NCBI GenBank assembly: GCA_964106645.2
Contig: OZ067047.1
Length of the DNA stretch: 64,000 bases
Strand: one strand, 5' to 3'
From: Podarcis pityusensis
Taxonomy: Eukaryota
In this document: piece after piece, positions 25,495-35,589 of the stretch
Position numbering within the stretch: the first letter of the stretch is position 1
How the letters are laid out: each line of letters opens with the position of its first letter
The notes under the pieces: generated by a model
Database searches by the model: none
What the model was told of the DNA's origin: nothing
The model's input: only the letters and a program-made list of their open reading frames with translations
Program-made: the position numbers and the translations under genes

Positions 25495-25753
25495 GACACC
25501 AGTGTGGTGTAGTGGTTAAGAGCGGTAGTCTCGTAATCTGGGGAACCGGGTTTGAGTCTCCGCTCCTCCACATGCAGCTGCTGGGTGACCTTGGGCCAGT
25601 CACACTTCTTTGAAGTCTCTCAGCCCCACTCACCTCACAGAGTGTTTGTTGTGGGGGAGGAAGGGAAAGGAGAATGTTAGCCGCTTTGAGACTCCTTAAA
25701 GGGAGTGAAAGGCGGGATATCAAATCCAAACTCTTCTTCTTCTTCTTCTTCTT
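25495..25753 (+). mobile_element. Squam3-type SINE, young copy with (CTT)n tail
   Basis: cagtgtggtgtagtggttaagagc head, CORE-like segment, (TTC)n tail. Confidence 0.85.
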
Positions 25754-26077
25754 TGCAGCAGGCACAGGACTCAGGAGTCAAAATACAATTGAGGAGTAGC
25801 CAAGAAGCTTGGAACTGGATGGAAGTGCCAAGCTTGTGTGGTGTGCTCATGTGCAATACTCTCTCACCTTGTGGGAATATTGAGATTTTGAGGGTCTATT
25901 CCCATCTGTGAAAGCAGTGCCTTGTTCTAGGTGAAAAGACTGCATACTTCTGTTCAGGCTGCTTCCGCCTCCTGTTTTGGCCCCTCTGCTAATCAAAGCC
26001 CTTCACAGCATCCATTGAGACTCTACTTTGCAAGAAGGTCACAGGGGATAGCTAGCACTCCTGCTTCCTGTCCAAAG

Positions 26078-26371
26078 CATAGGCGCCATCTCTGAGGGGC
26101 CCCGGGTGCCAAGGTACCCACAATTTTTTCAGCTGGGTGCCCCAACGTGGTGCACACATATCACACAGTGTGCTGAGACTTGATGGAGCCCGTCATGCCC
26201 TCTGAAAGGCCCGGACCTTTCGGAGGGCACAACAAGCTCCATCGGGCCCATCACGTGGTGTGACATCATGTGCACACCACAGTGCACTAGGTGACATCAT
26301 GCATACAATGTGTGTGACAGCACATGCACACACCGGGCACCTACAACGTGGGGTGGAATCTGGCATGCCTG
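26078..26371. mobile_element. Possible non-autonomous hAT element
   Basis: GC-rich insert flanked by gtccaaag (26070-26077) / ctccaaag (26372-26379); termini cataggcgcca / tggcatgcctg are only partly complementary. Confidence 0.45.
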
Positions 26372-26454
26372 CTCCAAAGTGATTGAAGTTGGGGTGGAAA
26401 GGGAAGGTCCAACCCAGGTTCTCCCAATTCATCCTCCCTCTATTTCTTCTTCCC

Positions 26455-26700
26455 CAGTGTGGTGTAGTGGTTAATAGTGGTGGACTTGTAATCTGGTGAA
26501 CCGGGTTTGCTTCCCCACTCCTCCACATGCAGCTGCTGGGTGACCTTGGGCCAGTCACACTTCTCTGAAGTCTCTCAGCCTCACTCACTTCGCAGAGTGT
26601 TTGTTGTGGGGGGAGGAAGGGAAAGGAGAATGTTAGCACTTTGAGACTCCTTAGGGTAGTGATAAAGCGGGATATCAAATCCAAACTCTTCTTCTTCTTC
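26455..26700 (+). mobile_element. Squam3-type SINE, slightly more diverged
   Basis: About 90% similar by eye to 25495-25753; ttcttcttcc flanks both ends. Confidence 0.85.
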
Positions 26701-27042
26701 CTGCATCAGAGCTTGCTTATCCAAATATGATCCCAACATCACTTCAAAGCTCAGGAGACCCACGTCCTAATTCAATCAGGGCAACACTTTCCCATTCACT
26801 AGAGGTTCCATTGCAGCTGCAGCTGCAGCTGTTCTGTTTCATTCTGTTTCAGGCCAGTTAAAGTTCTAAAATCAGCTTGATGCCCATGAACCAACTGGTT
26901 CAGTTCTGCTTCACTTAAGAAAATGTAAAGATAAAGCACATTATTATGATTATTTGTGCAATGGAGCAGGGTGAGTTAATAGATCTCAAACTAAAAAAAT
27001 TCCTTCCTGTAGCACCTTAAAGACCAACTAAGTTAGTTCTTG

Positions 27043-27080
27043 GTATAAGCTTTCGTGTGCATGCACACTTCTTCAGATAC
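27043..27080 (-). ncRNA. Minimal hammerhead ribozyme motif, copy in the inverted arm
   Basis: Exact reverse complement of 28457-28494. Confidence 0.8.
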
Positions 27081-27622
27081 ACTGAAACAGAAGTTACCAG
27101 ATCCTTCTATATATTGAGAAGGTGGGGAGGGGTATTACTTAGAAGGGTGGTGGGAATCGGAGATTGGCAGATAGCTGAGATGAGCCTGTTGACGACTCTT
27201 AACGACTGTAATAGGTCTTACAGGAAAAGTCAAGGGGTGAGAAGGTGAGAAATGGCTTAGTCATGTATAATGAGATAAGAATCCTATGTCTCTGTTCAGA
27301 CCAGGTTTCTCCATTGTTTTAAGTTTGGTAATGAGTTGTAATTCAGCAGCTTCTCTTTCCAGTCTATTTCTGAAATTCCTTTGTAGTAAAACAGCTACTT
27401 TGAGATCTTGTATAGAATGTCCTGGGAGATTGAAGTGTTCTCCTACTGGTTTCTCTGTTTTGTGATTCTTGATGTCAGATTTATGTCCGTTTATTCTTTG
27501 GCGTAAGGTTTGGCCTGTTTGTCCAATATAGAGAGCTGAAGGACACTGTTGGCATTTGATGGCATACACAATGTTAGACGATGAGCAATTAAATAGTCCC
27601 GAGATGGTATGTGTGATGTACA

Positions 27623-28276
27623 TACCAGAACTATAACAGAACTCCACTAGTCATCACATACAGCTCCCAAGTTAAAACAGTTCAACGCATCATCAGAGAT
27701 CTACAACCTCTCCTGGACAATGACAGTTCTCTTTCTCAAGCTCTGGGAGGAAGACCTTTCATTGCCTACAGACAGCCACCCAATCTTAAACAACTCCTAA
27801 CCCACAATAATACTACAACCAGACTTAACACGGACACTGGCACCAGAGCCTGCAATAAACCCAGATGCCAACTTTGCTGCCACATACACCCGGACAACAC
27901 CATTACTGGCCCCAACAACATCACACATACCATCTCGGGACTATTTAATTGCTCATCGTCTAACATTGTGTATGCCATCAAATGCCAACAGTGTCCTTCA
28001 GCTCTCTATATTGGACAAACAGGCCAAACCTTACGCCAAAGAATAAACGGACATAAATCTGACATCAAGAATCACAAAACAGAGAAACCAGTAGGAGAAC
28101 ACTTCAATCTCCCAGGACATTCTATACAAGATCTCAAAGTAGCTGTTTTACTACAAAGGAATTTCAGAAATAGACTGGAAAGAGAAGCTGCTGAATTACA
28201 ACTCATTACCAAACTTAAAACAATGGAGAAACCTGGTCTGAACAGAGACATAGGATTCTTATCTCATTATACATGA
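27623..28276 (+). pseudogene. Open but 5'-truncated Penelope ORF (RT thumb, Cys linker, GIY-YIG endonuclease)
   Basis: Hand translation RTPLVITYSSQVKTVQRIIRDLQPLL...AYRQPPNLKQLL...CNKPRCQLC...GIY-YIG...PGLNRD, with no stops. Confidence 0.85.
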
Positions 28277-28456
28277 CTAAGCCATTTCTCACCTTCTCAC
28301 CCCTTGACTTTTCCTGTAAGACCTATTACAGTCGTTAAGAGTCGTCAACAGGCTCATCTCAGCTATCTGCCAATCTCCGATTCCCACCACCCTTCTAAGT
28401 AATACCCCTCCCCACCTTCTCAATATATAGAAGGATCTGGTAACTTCTGTTTCAGT

Positions 28457-28494
28457 GTATCTGAAGAAGTGTGCATGCACACGAAAGCTTATAC
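28457..28494 (+). ncRNA. Minimal type I hammerhead ribozyme motif (Penelope-associated)
   Basis: gtat-CTGAAGA-a-gtgtgc-at-gcacac-GAAA-gc-TT^-atac: catalytic core, stem I gtat/atac, stem II, palindromic AGCT stem III. Confidence 0.8.
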
Positions 28495-28923
28495 CAAGAA
28501 CTAACTTAGTTGGTCTTTAAGGTGCTACAGGAAGGAATTTTTTTATTTCGACTATGGCAGACCAACACGGCTACCCATCTGTAACCAGATCTCAAACTGT
28601 TACTGCTGTCAGCAGTAAGAACTACTAAGCGTGCTTGAAATGAAACAAATTTTAAGAACTACAATACATTTGACATTCTTCTATATTCTCATAGTTTAAC
28701 AATACAGAAACATTTACACAGGTGACAAAGCAACCAACTTGGTTAGTAAAACAATCACAGAACTGTCACCATGAACAACATTACATGCTTCAACTGATTT
28801 AACAGAATTGATGTAATAATCTGATACCAGCTCACTTCAGCCATTCAGCATCTGTGGGTACCAAATGCATGGAAGGGCTCTTTAGAGTGGATTGAGTAGC
28901 CTTGCACCGTAGATGCCAATATA

Positions 28924-29094
28924 CCGTAGGTGATCCTGGTTGCGAACTTTGCCCCGGGATGCGAGCGGAAGTCGCGCAGCAGTGCAGCAGCAGCGGGAGG
29001 CCCCATTATCGAAAGCGCACCTCAGGTTAAGAATGGTTTTGGCTTAAGAACAGACCTCTGGGACAAATTAAGTTCATAACTGGAGGTACCACTG
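28924..29094. mobile_element. Tc1/mariner (Tigger-like) MITE with degenerate left end
   Basis: Right TIR gaggtaccactg plus TA; internal similarity to 56789-57030 and 54643-54884. Confidence 0.7.
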
Positions 29095-30671
29095 TAGTAT
29101 GGATGTTCTCATACTGCATCTACAAATGTTTAGCTATAACAGGTTCAATGTGGGCACTGAAAGTTTAATTGAATTACTTCTTTTTAAACTGAAATCATAA
29201 AATCATCGCTAACATTGGCTGCCACCATTAACACAAGCCCATTTTTTTTAACTTATGTAAACTTCAAAGAATATAAATCTAGTCAGGCTTAGTGCCTGGC
29301 TAATACATGCAATTGGTGCTAAAATGAAAGGGACCTTGTGTGCACCAAATGCATGCATGTAAGTGGGAGAGTTTAGTCTAGCCAACACCTAGAAATAAGG
29401 AACTTCACAGAGGAGAGCAGAGGAACCAGCAACCAGAGCTGGCCCACCATTGAGACAAAGTGAAGCACGCCCCAGTGGTTTAGCGTTGGCTCCAATTTTG
29501 TTGGCACTCCATCACCTGAGTTCTGGAGATGACGGTAATGGGCATATATCCCACACTTTCTGAAAAAAGGCCCATACATTTGCCTAATGTAGTACTTCTG
29601 TACCTGCTCAGAAGGCAGCACTATGGGATTCACAATAGATTAAGCAATGAAGGCTGCACTATGCTGCATTTGTGACCTGAACTGGAGGCAGCAGAATACA
29701 AACATTCAGGATATCTGGGGAATCTGGGAAGGTTGCTCCACAATCTCATCAGTGACATTCAGCATGCTGGTAGGATCCTGTTCTGATTTTATCAGCATGC
29801 TATAATACCCTTAAGGTTGCCATATTTCAAAAAATAAACCCCAAAGTTGTTGAGCCTTAGAATGACAGCCCTATTCCACCTTCAAAATAGGGACAGTGGT
29901 TCATGAGAGACCAACTGCTTCCAAGCCAAATCTCAGGCATTTCCAGGAAGGTAGGAAGAATGCTGAGCTTGATGAACGAATGGCTCAAAATAAGGCAACT
30001 TTTCCCATTCCTAAAATGCTGCTGTTGCCATGGGAAGTTTCTTAATGTTTAAACAACTTTGCATGCTATACTCCAGTCACTAAACAAGTTTAATAATATG
30101 CTCTGCCACAGAATCCTTTCACAGTTGTATCTATTATACATTTTAACCAGCTGCTCCTCTTCTATGTGTGAAGCGTTTTTAAAGTGCTAAATATTATTAA
30201 AACATTAACTTTGTAGCAGCAAAGTGCTTCCCCATCATTTAATAATTAAAAACTGGAGTTGGGTTCCCCCCCAGCCATGGACCACCTCTTCTTGTTAAAT
30301 ATTTTACAAAAGTAATTGCTTTGCCCTCCATTTTTAACATCCACTGAATAGCTTTAAAACCTCAATCTTTTTCACATGACCCCAATGTGCTTTTTGCCAA
30401 AGAGCATGTTAAAAATTTACCCAAATCTCTTGCTCTCCATTCAATCTAAATTTGAACCATTTTGATATTTAAATTTTTTATATCTCCAGAAAAGACTGCT
30501 TTTCCCAGCTCTCAGTTCTCTCCTAAATGTGCTCTCAAGATCTTATGTGCTCTGTAGCACATTTTGCTGATGACAAAATGTTTATGAGCAGTAACATCTA
30601 ACATGGGGTGAGCGGGTGTCAGGTCTAAGCCACTGCAGTCCATTTCTGTGCTTCTTATTGTGGTTGTAATT

Positions 30672-31277
30672 CATAGCTGTCAATTTACAGATTTGAAAAT
30701 AAGGGACCAGCAGCCTTGAAAATAAGGGACCAGCAGCCAAAATAAGGGACCTGCAGCCTCACCTGTTCCAGGCACTCCAGTCTTCCTGTCCTCCTGCAGT
30801 CTGGTCAAACTCATGCTGGTAGCTTTGAGAACACTGTCCAACCAACTTTGTAACCAGAGGTTCAACTGAATAGAATCTGAATCACATGCACCACAAGGCC
30901 TATGCAGCCTCAACTTAAGATGGCTCCCCGGCTTGGCTTTGCACTGCAAAGTCTGCAGCAGCACGTGCAACAAAATGGTGTCTAGCATTCAAAACCCCCC
31001 TCAGCTTGCATTAACTAGCCACACACAAGGCATGCAAGCTCCACCCCCCAGTCGTTCTTAGACTTCTTATTGGGTGAGCAACACAGCCAAGCAACACAGT
31101 TGGAGCCTCTCTCCTCCCTGGCCAGCAGGGAAGGAGGGAGAGGAGCTGCTTCCTTTGAAATTTAAGGGACATCATTTAAGGGACATTTAAGGGACATCCA
31201 TCAATAAGGGACAGCAGCGGGACATGGTGCTGGAATAAGGGACTGTCCCTTCAAATAAGGGACACTTGACAGCTATG
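30672..31277. mobile_element. Non-autonomous hAT element with subterminal AAGGGAC arrays
   Basis: Perfect 12-bp TIR catagctgtcaa / ttgacagctatg; 8-bp TSD ttgtaatt / ctgcaatt; nine AAGGGAC copies near the ends. Confidence 0.85.
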
Positions 31278-32802
31278 CTGCAATTTGCTCTGACCTGTCA
31301 GGCACATGGTTTTGTTGAATTCATTTTCTGAGTGTAGATCTGTATGTAGCCAAAATGCCACCACCCACACATAAGAGGGAGGTATCCAAAGGTTTGGGAA
31401 AGGACAATTTTGGAGAAAATGCCAAGGGGCAAACACCTCCCATAACTGCTCAGTGAGAACACTCCACACTGCAGTGTATCAATTTAGGTCACCCTTATCA
31501 GCCATCTCTTTTTCTGAAGTCCAGCAGATTCCAAATTTGGTAGGAATCATGGGTAGGTGGGAGAAATCGCCAGACATCTGATAGAGCTGAGAGGAAGAAA
31601 AAAGAAAATGGGGAAAAAATCAGAGGGGTGGGTGGGAGGGAGGAATGACACCCTGTTTAAAAAGTGGCATTGTTTGGGTCATGAAACTCATGCCACATTA
31701 TGTTGGCAGACACTCCCATGCATACTTCATTCTATTACATAGCACTTTCAAAACAAAACAGTGTTTTGCTGACAAGCTCCTGAGTATATGATTTATGGAA
31801 AATAAGATCACATTTGTGGGGTGGGAGAAAAGAAGGAGGCAACACGTGTTGTAAAATGTGTAATGCAAAGAATAAGTCTATGCAGTGGAATGAATGCGAA
31901 TAGCAAGGCATCACTGGACAGCATGAAGTCAGGGGAAATAGAATCAAATTAAAATGGAAGAGATTATTCAGGTGAGTGCCAAGTTGAAAACTGTGCCGTT
32001 AATGAACTGGGATGCTTTTGCAAACGTTGATGGAATTAGTTTCCTGCCCTTAAAGCTGATGTTGCAAGGTAAAGCTTTAGTTAATTTATTAATCAAATCA
32101 ATCTGTATTATATAGAAAAAAATATTGCCTTATAATGCACTGGAAATGTTAGTTAATTTCATTGTACTGCACATCAACAGCATGATTCTGGGTGAGTAAT
32201 ATCTTATCGCTCAGTTGGTGGCAGTAGTAAGCCATGCATTTATTGTAGAGAACAGTTTAAAGTTTGAATGTGTACAGATGATCTGTTTTCTACCTTCATT
32301 GGTACCCACAAAATCACCTGAGTAGTGTCTTTGGTCAGGACGGCTGCATGTAACTGAACTCCACCTGCCCCATGCCATCATATCCAGCTGTGCACCACCC
32401 TTTTCTCCCTCCCAGCAATCCATAATATCGACTCAATTCTCTTTGCCATTCCAGGAACTCCCCCCCCCCACCTCCTCACCCAGCACCTCTCTGTTATAAT
32501 ACTGTTTTATCAAATAGATATGTCATGGCCAAAGATTTTCACTCAAGGCTGTGAAACTCAGCTATTACGAGTGAGTAATGCCTGCCCAATAGCTTTGGCA
32601 GAGAGGTGGTCTGCAGATTGTGCATCCTTTGTTCTTCCCTCTCCCTTTAACACTACTTATTTTCTACATGCACTTAGTGCTTCCGGGACTGAAAACTAAT
32701 CAGAAATTATTGCCTTTGGGGGTATGCATATGTTGCAAATATTCTTTATTTCATGGTAGAAAAAACATGAATTTGCATGCAATACTCAAAGAATCCTGTG
32801 GC

Positions 32803-33044
32803 NNNNNNNNNNNNNNNNNNNNNNNNNNNNNNNNNNNNNNNNNNNNNNNNNNNNNNNNNNNNNNNNNNNNNNNNNNNNNNNNNNNNNNNNNNNNNNNNNN
32901 NNNNNNNNNNNNNNNNNNNNNNNNNNNNNNNNNNNNNNNNNNNNNNNNNNNNNNNNNNNNNNNNNNNNNNNNNNNNNNNNNNNNNNNNNNNNNNNNNNNN
33001 NNNNNNNNNNNNNNNNNNNNNNNNNNNNNNNNNNNNNNNNNNNN
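32803..33044. other. Assembly gap (242 N)
   Basis: Run of N. Confidence 1.
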
Positions 33045-34959
33045 TATTTGTTTTCATGGTACAGAAGATAAATTCTGAGAAAACAATTATTACAACAGTG
33101 AACAAGAAGTAACCTGTCCTGATAAAATTACAGACTTAAGCACATCATGGGAACTGTAGTTTGTTAAGGAGCTGGAAGCTGAAGATCTGAAAAGCCCTAG
33201 AAAAATGTGACTAGAGAATGGAGTGAAGGAATCATTCTGCTTAGCACACTAACCCTAATTCATAAATACAAAGGATGGGATACATTTACACACACAGAAC
33301 AAGGACCCAGTCTAGAGATGCTGTAACAAGCAAACATAGCAGGAAAGATGAATGCTGCTGACACGATGTATCTGCTTGGATTTCTGCTGTTTAAGTCTTC
33401 TCTGATTTGCAATCTTTTTTTGTGAACTGTAATCCACTTCCCAGTTAGTCTGGGGGGGGGGGGGGGATGAATAGAAGTCAGCTCCTAGGGGCTGGCATCC
33501 CTTCAGCTACACGAATAATCACGCTTGTTAGTCACTTGTTGCACAAAAGGTATGTAAGTGATCTACAGCATAGCGAAAGCATAACCATAAATAGTAATTT
33601 CTTATACTATAAACACATTTGCACAGAATTACATACAGTTCATTAAAATAAAATACATAAAGCTCCCACCCAAATTGCTACCCATCCAGGGCTGGTTAGA
33701 ACAATTTAAAGCATAACATTAAAAATAAAGCAAAGCAACTTAAAATCACAGAAATAGCTGGGTTATAAAAATATACACCTGAAGTGTCAAAGGCCAGAGT
33801 AAAGATGTTCATCTGGTCTATGGTATGTGGCTGGTCTCTTGATGAAAGATGACTCCTCTAGAGGATGCTTGCCTGTCTACAGACAATGGTAGAAGTAAGG
33901 CAGCAAAAGGAATTGATCTGTGATCATTGTATACATGTAGTTCTGTGCATTAATTGATAACAATTGCACCAAAGGAGGATTAATACATGATAATTTTGTC
34001 ACATGCCACTTTCCTCCCCATAAATGATGCATTCTCCCCGCCCCAATGTGAGGTACATATAGCATCTGCTAAGGCATGATAGCTGCAATTATACTGTAAG
34101 AAATATAGCCTAATGAGTATGCTCTTAATAAGTATCTAAATACCTGCTAGCTACCCCTCTGAAGCTTTAATTCAATATTATCATCCTCTCCCCTGCCTCC
34201 CGCCCCCAGTTCTTTGTCTTCCAGTCCAATAGGAGGGATTCTATCATTGCCACTTCAGAGAATATGGAGAGTAAGATTCAATGAGACACTATATCAAAGG
34301 GCTTACTGAAATGGTTAGCATGTGTCACACTTGGCTAGGGCTCCAGCCTTATGTGTTATTTGCACTTCATTTCTTCTGTCTAGTAGAAATTGATCGTTTA
34401 AAGGATCTGTGCATTTAATGTGTCACATTTGCAAAGATGATAGCAGCCACAGTCAGAAGGACAAGCTCCAGGGGAAAGAGAGCTGAAACATTTGGGTGCT
34501 TAGTAGCATTTTGTTGCTATCGGCTAAAGCTTGAAATATGTCTCAGCAACCAACGAAGCTGGGGTAAATGCCTCGAGACCTTCCATCCATCATAAACAAC
34601 AACAGACAGAGGAGAAGTGGTGCATCCTTTGATAGAACACACTCCTCCGGTCACAAGGCAAGTTCAAGCATACAAATGCTGCTCATTTTTCTCCATGTGA
34701 TCCTGTAATTAAGGATGGGCAGATCTGTCTGCTTCTGTCCGTGTCACACTCACATGCTTTTAACCCCAATCCCATTCTGTCTCTGCGTCTAAATTCAAAT
34801 GTAGGATTTTTCAAGAAAACACCTCATCAGAAAAATGCATATTTGAAATGTATTAAAATGTGTGCTTTCTCTCAAAATAACTACTGGATCCAGGGAGGGG
34901 TAAGAAGCACGATATGGGCTGAACGTCCCTATTTTCACCACAGAAACGTCAGAGGGTAT

Positions 34960-35400
34960 GGTTAGTGAGCTATGAGAGTCTGTGGTGGAGAGAAGCCCAT
35001 ACTCAGAGGCAGAAGCTGAAGCAGGAGAATGGGGTGAGAGAGGCAAAGAGACAGAGATGAGTCAGAGTGGTGAAGAGTCACGGGTGTTGCCCCATCCTTC
35101 TGCGACAAGTTCAGCTTCCTCCTCGTCTCCCAGAACCAGAAGAGGCATGAAAAGGGTGGAGGAGAGGTTGGTTTCATGCAGGCATAGTCTCCTCTTGCTT
35201 GGGGAAAGCCCTGGGGAGGAGGGGGCTTTGATGGCTGTGGGGAGGCAGGGATTTTGGTCTCAGCAACTGATCCATGGGACAAGACTTACTAGGGATGAAC
35301 TGCTGCGACACTCCACCAAGTCTGTGCAGATCGTGTTCTTGCTAATAAAGAGTTAACTCCCAATTGAACAGTGTGATTTACTGCTGGCTGGCTCCTGACA
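34960..35400 (+). mobile_element. Probable partial solo LTR
   Basis: Purine-rich GC-rich body, AATAAA about 50 bp before terminal cctgaCA; same architecture as 62257-62764; 5' end unclear. Confidence 0.45.
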
Positions 35401-35402
35401 TA

Positions 35403-35523
35403 TAGAATCATAAAGCTGGAAGGCAGCAATCCCCTGCAATGCAGGAAACTTTTGCCCAACATGGGGCTCAAACCTTTGGCCCTGAGATTAAGAGTCTCAT
35501 GCTCTACCAGTTTGGCTATCCCA
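35403..35523 (-). mobile_element. tRNA-Lys(CTT)-derived SINE with CR1-like tail
   Basis: Minus strand gggatagccaaactggtagagcatgagactcttaatctcaggg...ggtttgagccccatgttgggc resembles tRNA-Lys-CTT; tail cctgcattgcagggg...atgattct resembles the CR1 3' end at 14387. Confidence 0.8.
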
Positions 35524-35589
35524 GTGGACATTCCCTATCCTATATCAGTGTACGCAAGTGTGTGCATGCACTCAATATCAAAAGGTGCC

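Larger units (their letters stand above)
26993..28586 (+). mobile_element. Penelope-like element (Neptune type): 5'-truncated copy preceded by an inverted copy of its 3' end
   Basis: GIY-YIG endonuclease (VYAIKCQQCPSALYIGQTGQTLRQRINGH); Cys-rich linker CNKPRCQLC; arms 26993-27619 and 27918-28544 are reverse complements; 12-bp TSD agatctcaaact at 26981-26992 and 28587-28598. Confidence 0.92.

Noticed and set aside
27057-27248. Duplicated 63-aa ORF MHAHFFRYTE... (also at 28289)
   Set aside because: Antisense translation of the Penelope 3' region, duplicated by the inverted repeat
26993-28544. Inverted repeat as an assembly artefact
   Set aside because: The perfect flanking 12-bp TSD and the asymmetric 42-nt tail fit a genuine Penelope insertion, although long reads remain the decisive test
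30695-30760. CRISPR-like short repeats (aataagggac...)
   Set aside because: Eukaryotic DNA with no unique spacers; these are transposon subterminal repeats
32620-33112. ORFs containing X runs
   Set aside because: Artefacts of the N gap
35454-35524. Functional tRNA-Lys gene
   Set aside because: D-arm and T-arm are mutated (ccaaactgg, ggtttgag) and the sequence is fused to a CR1-like tail, so it is a SINE head
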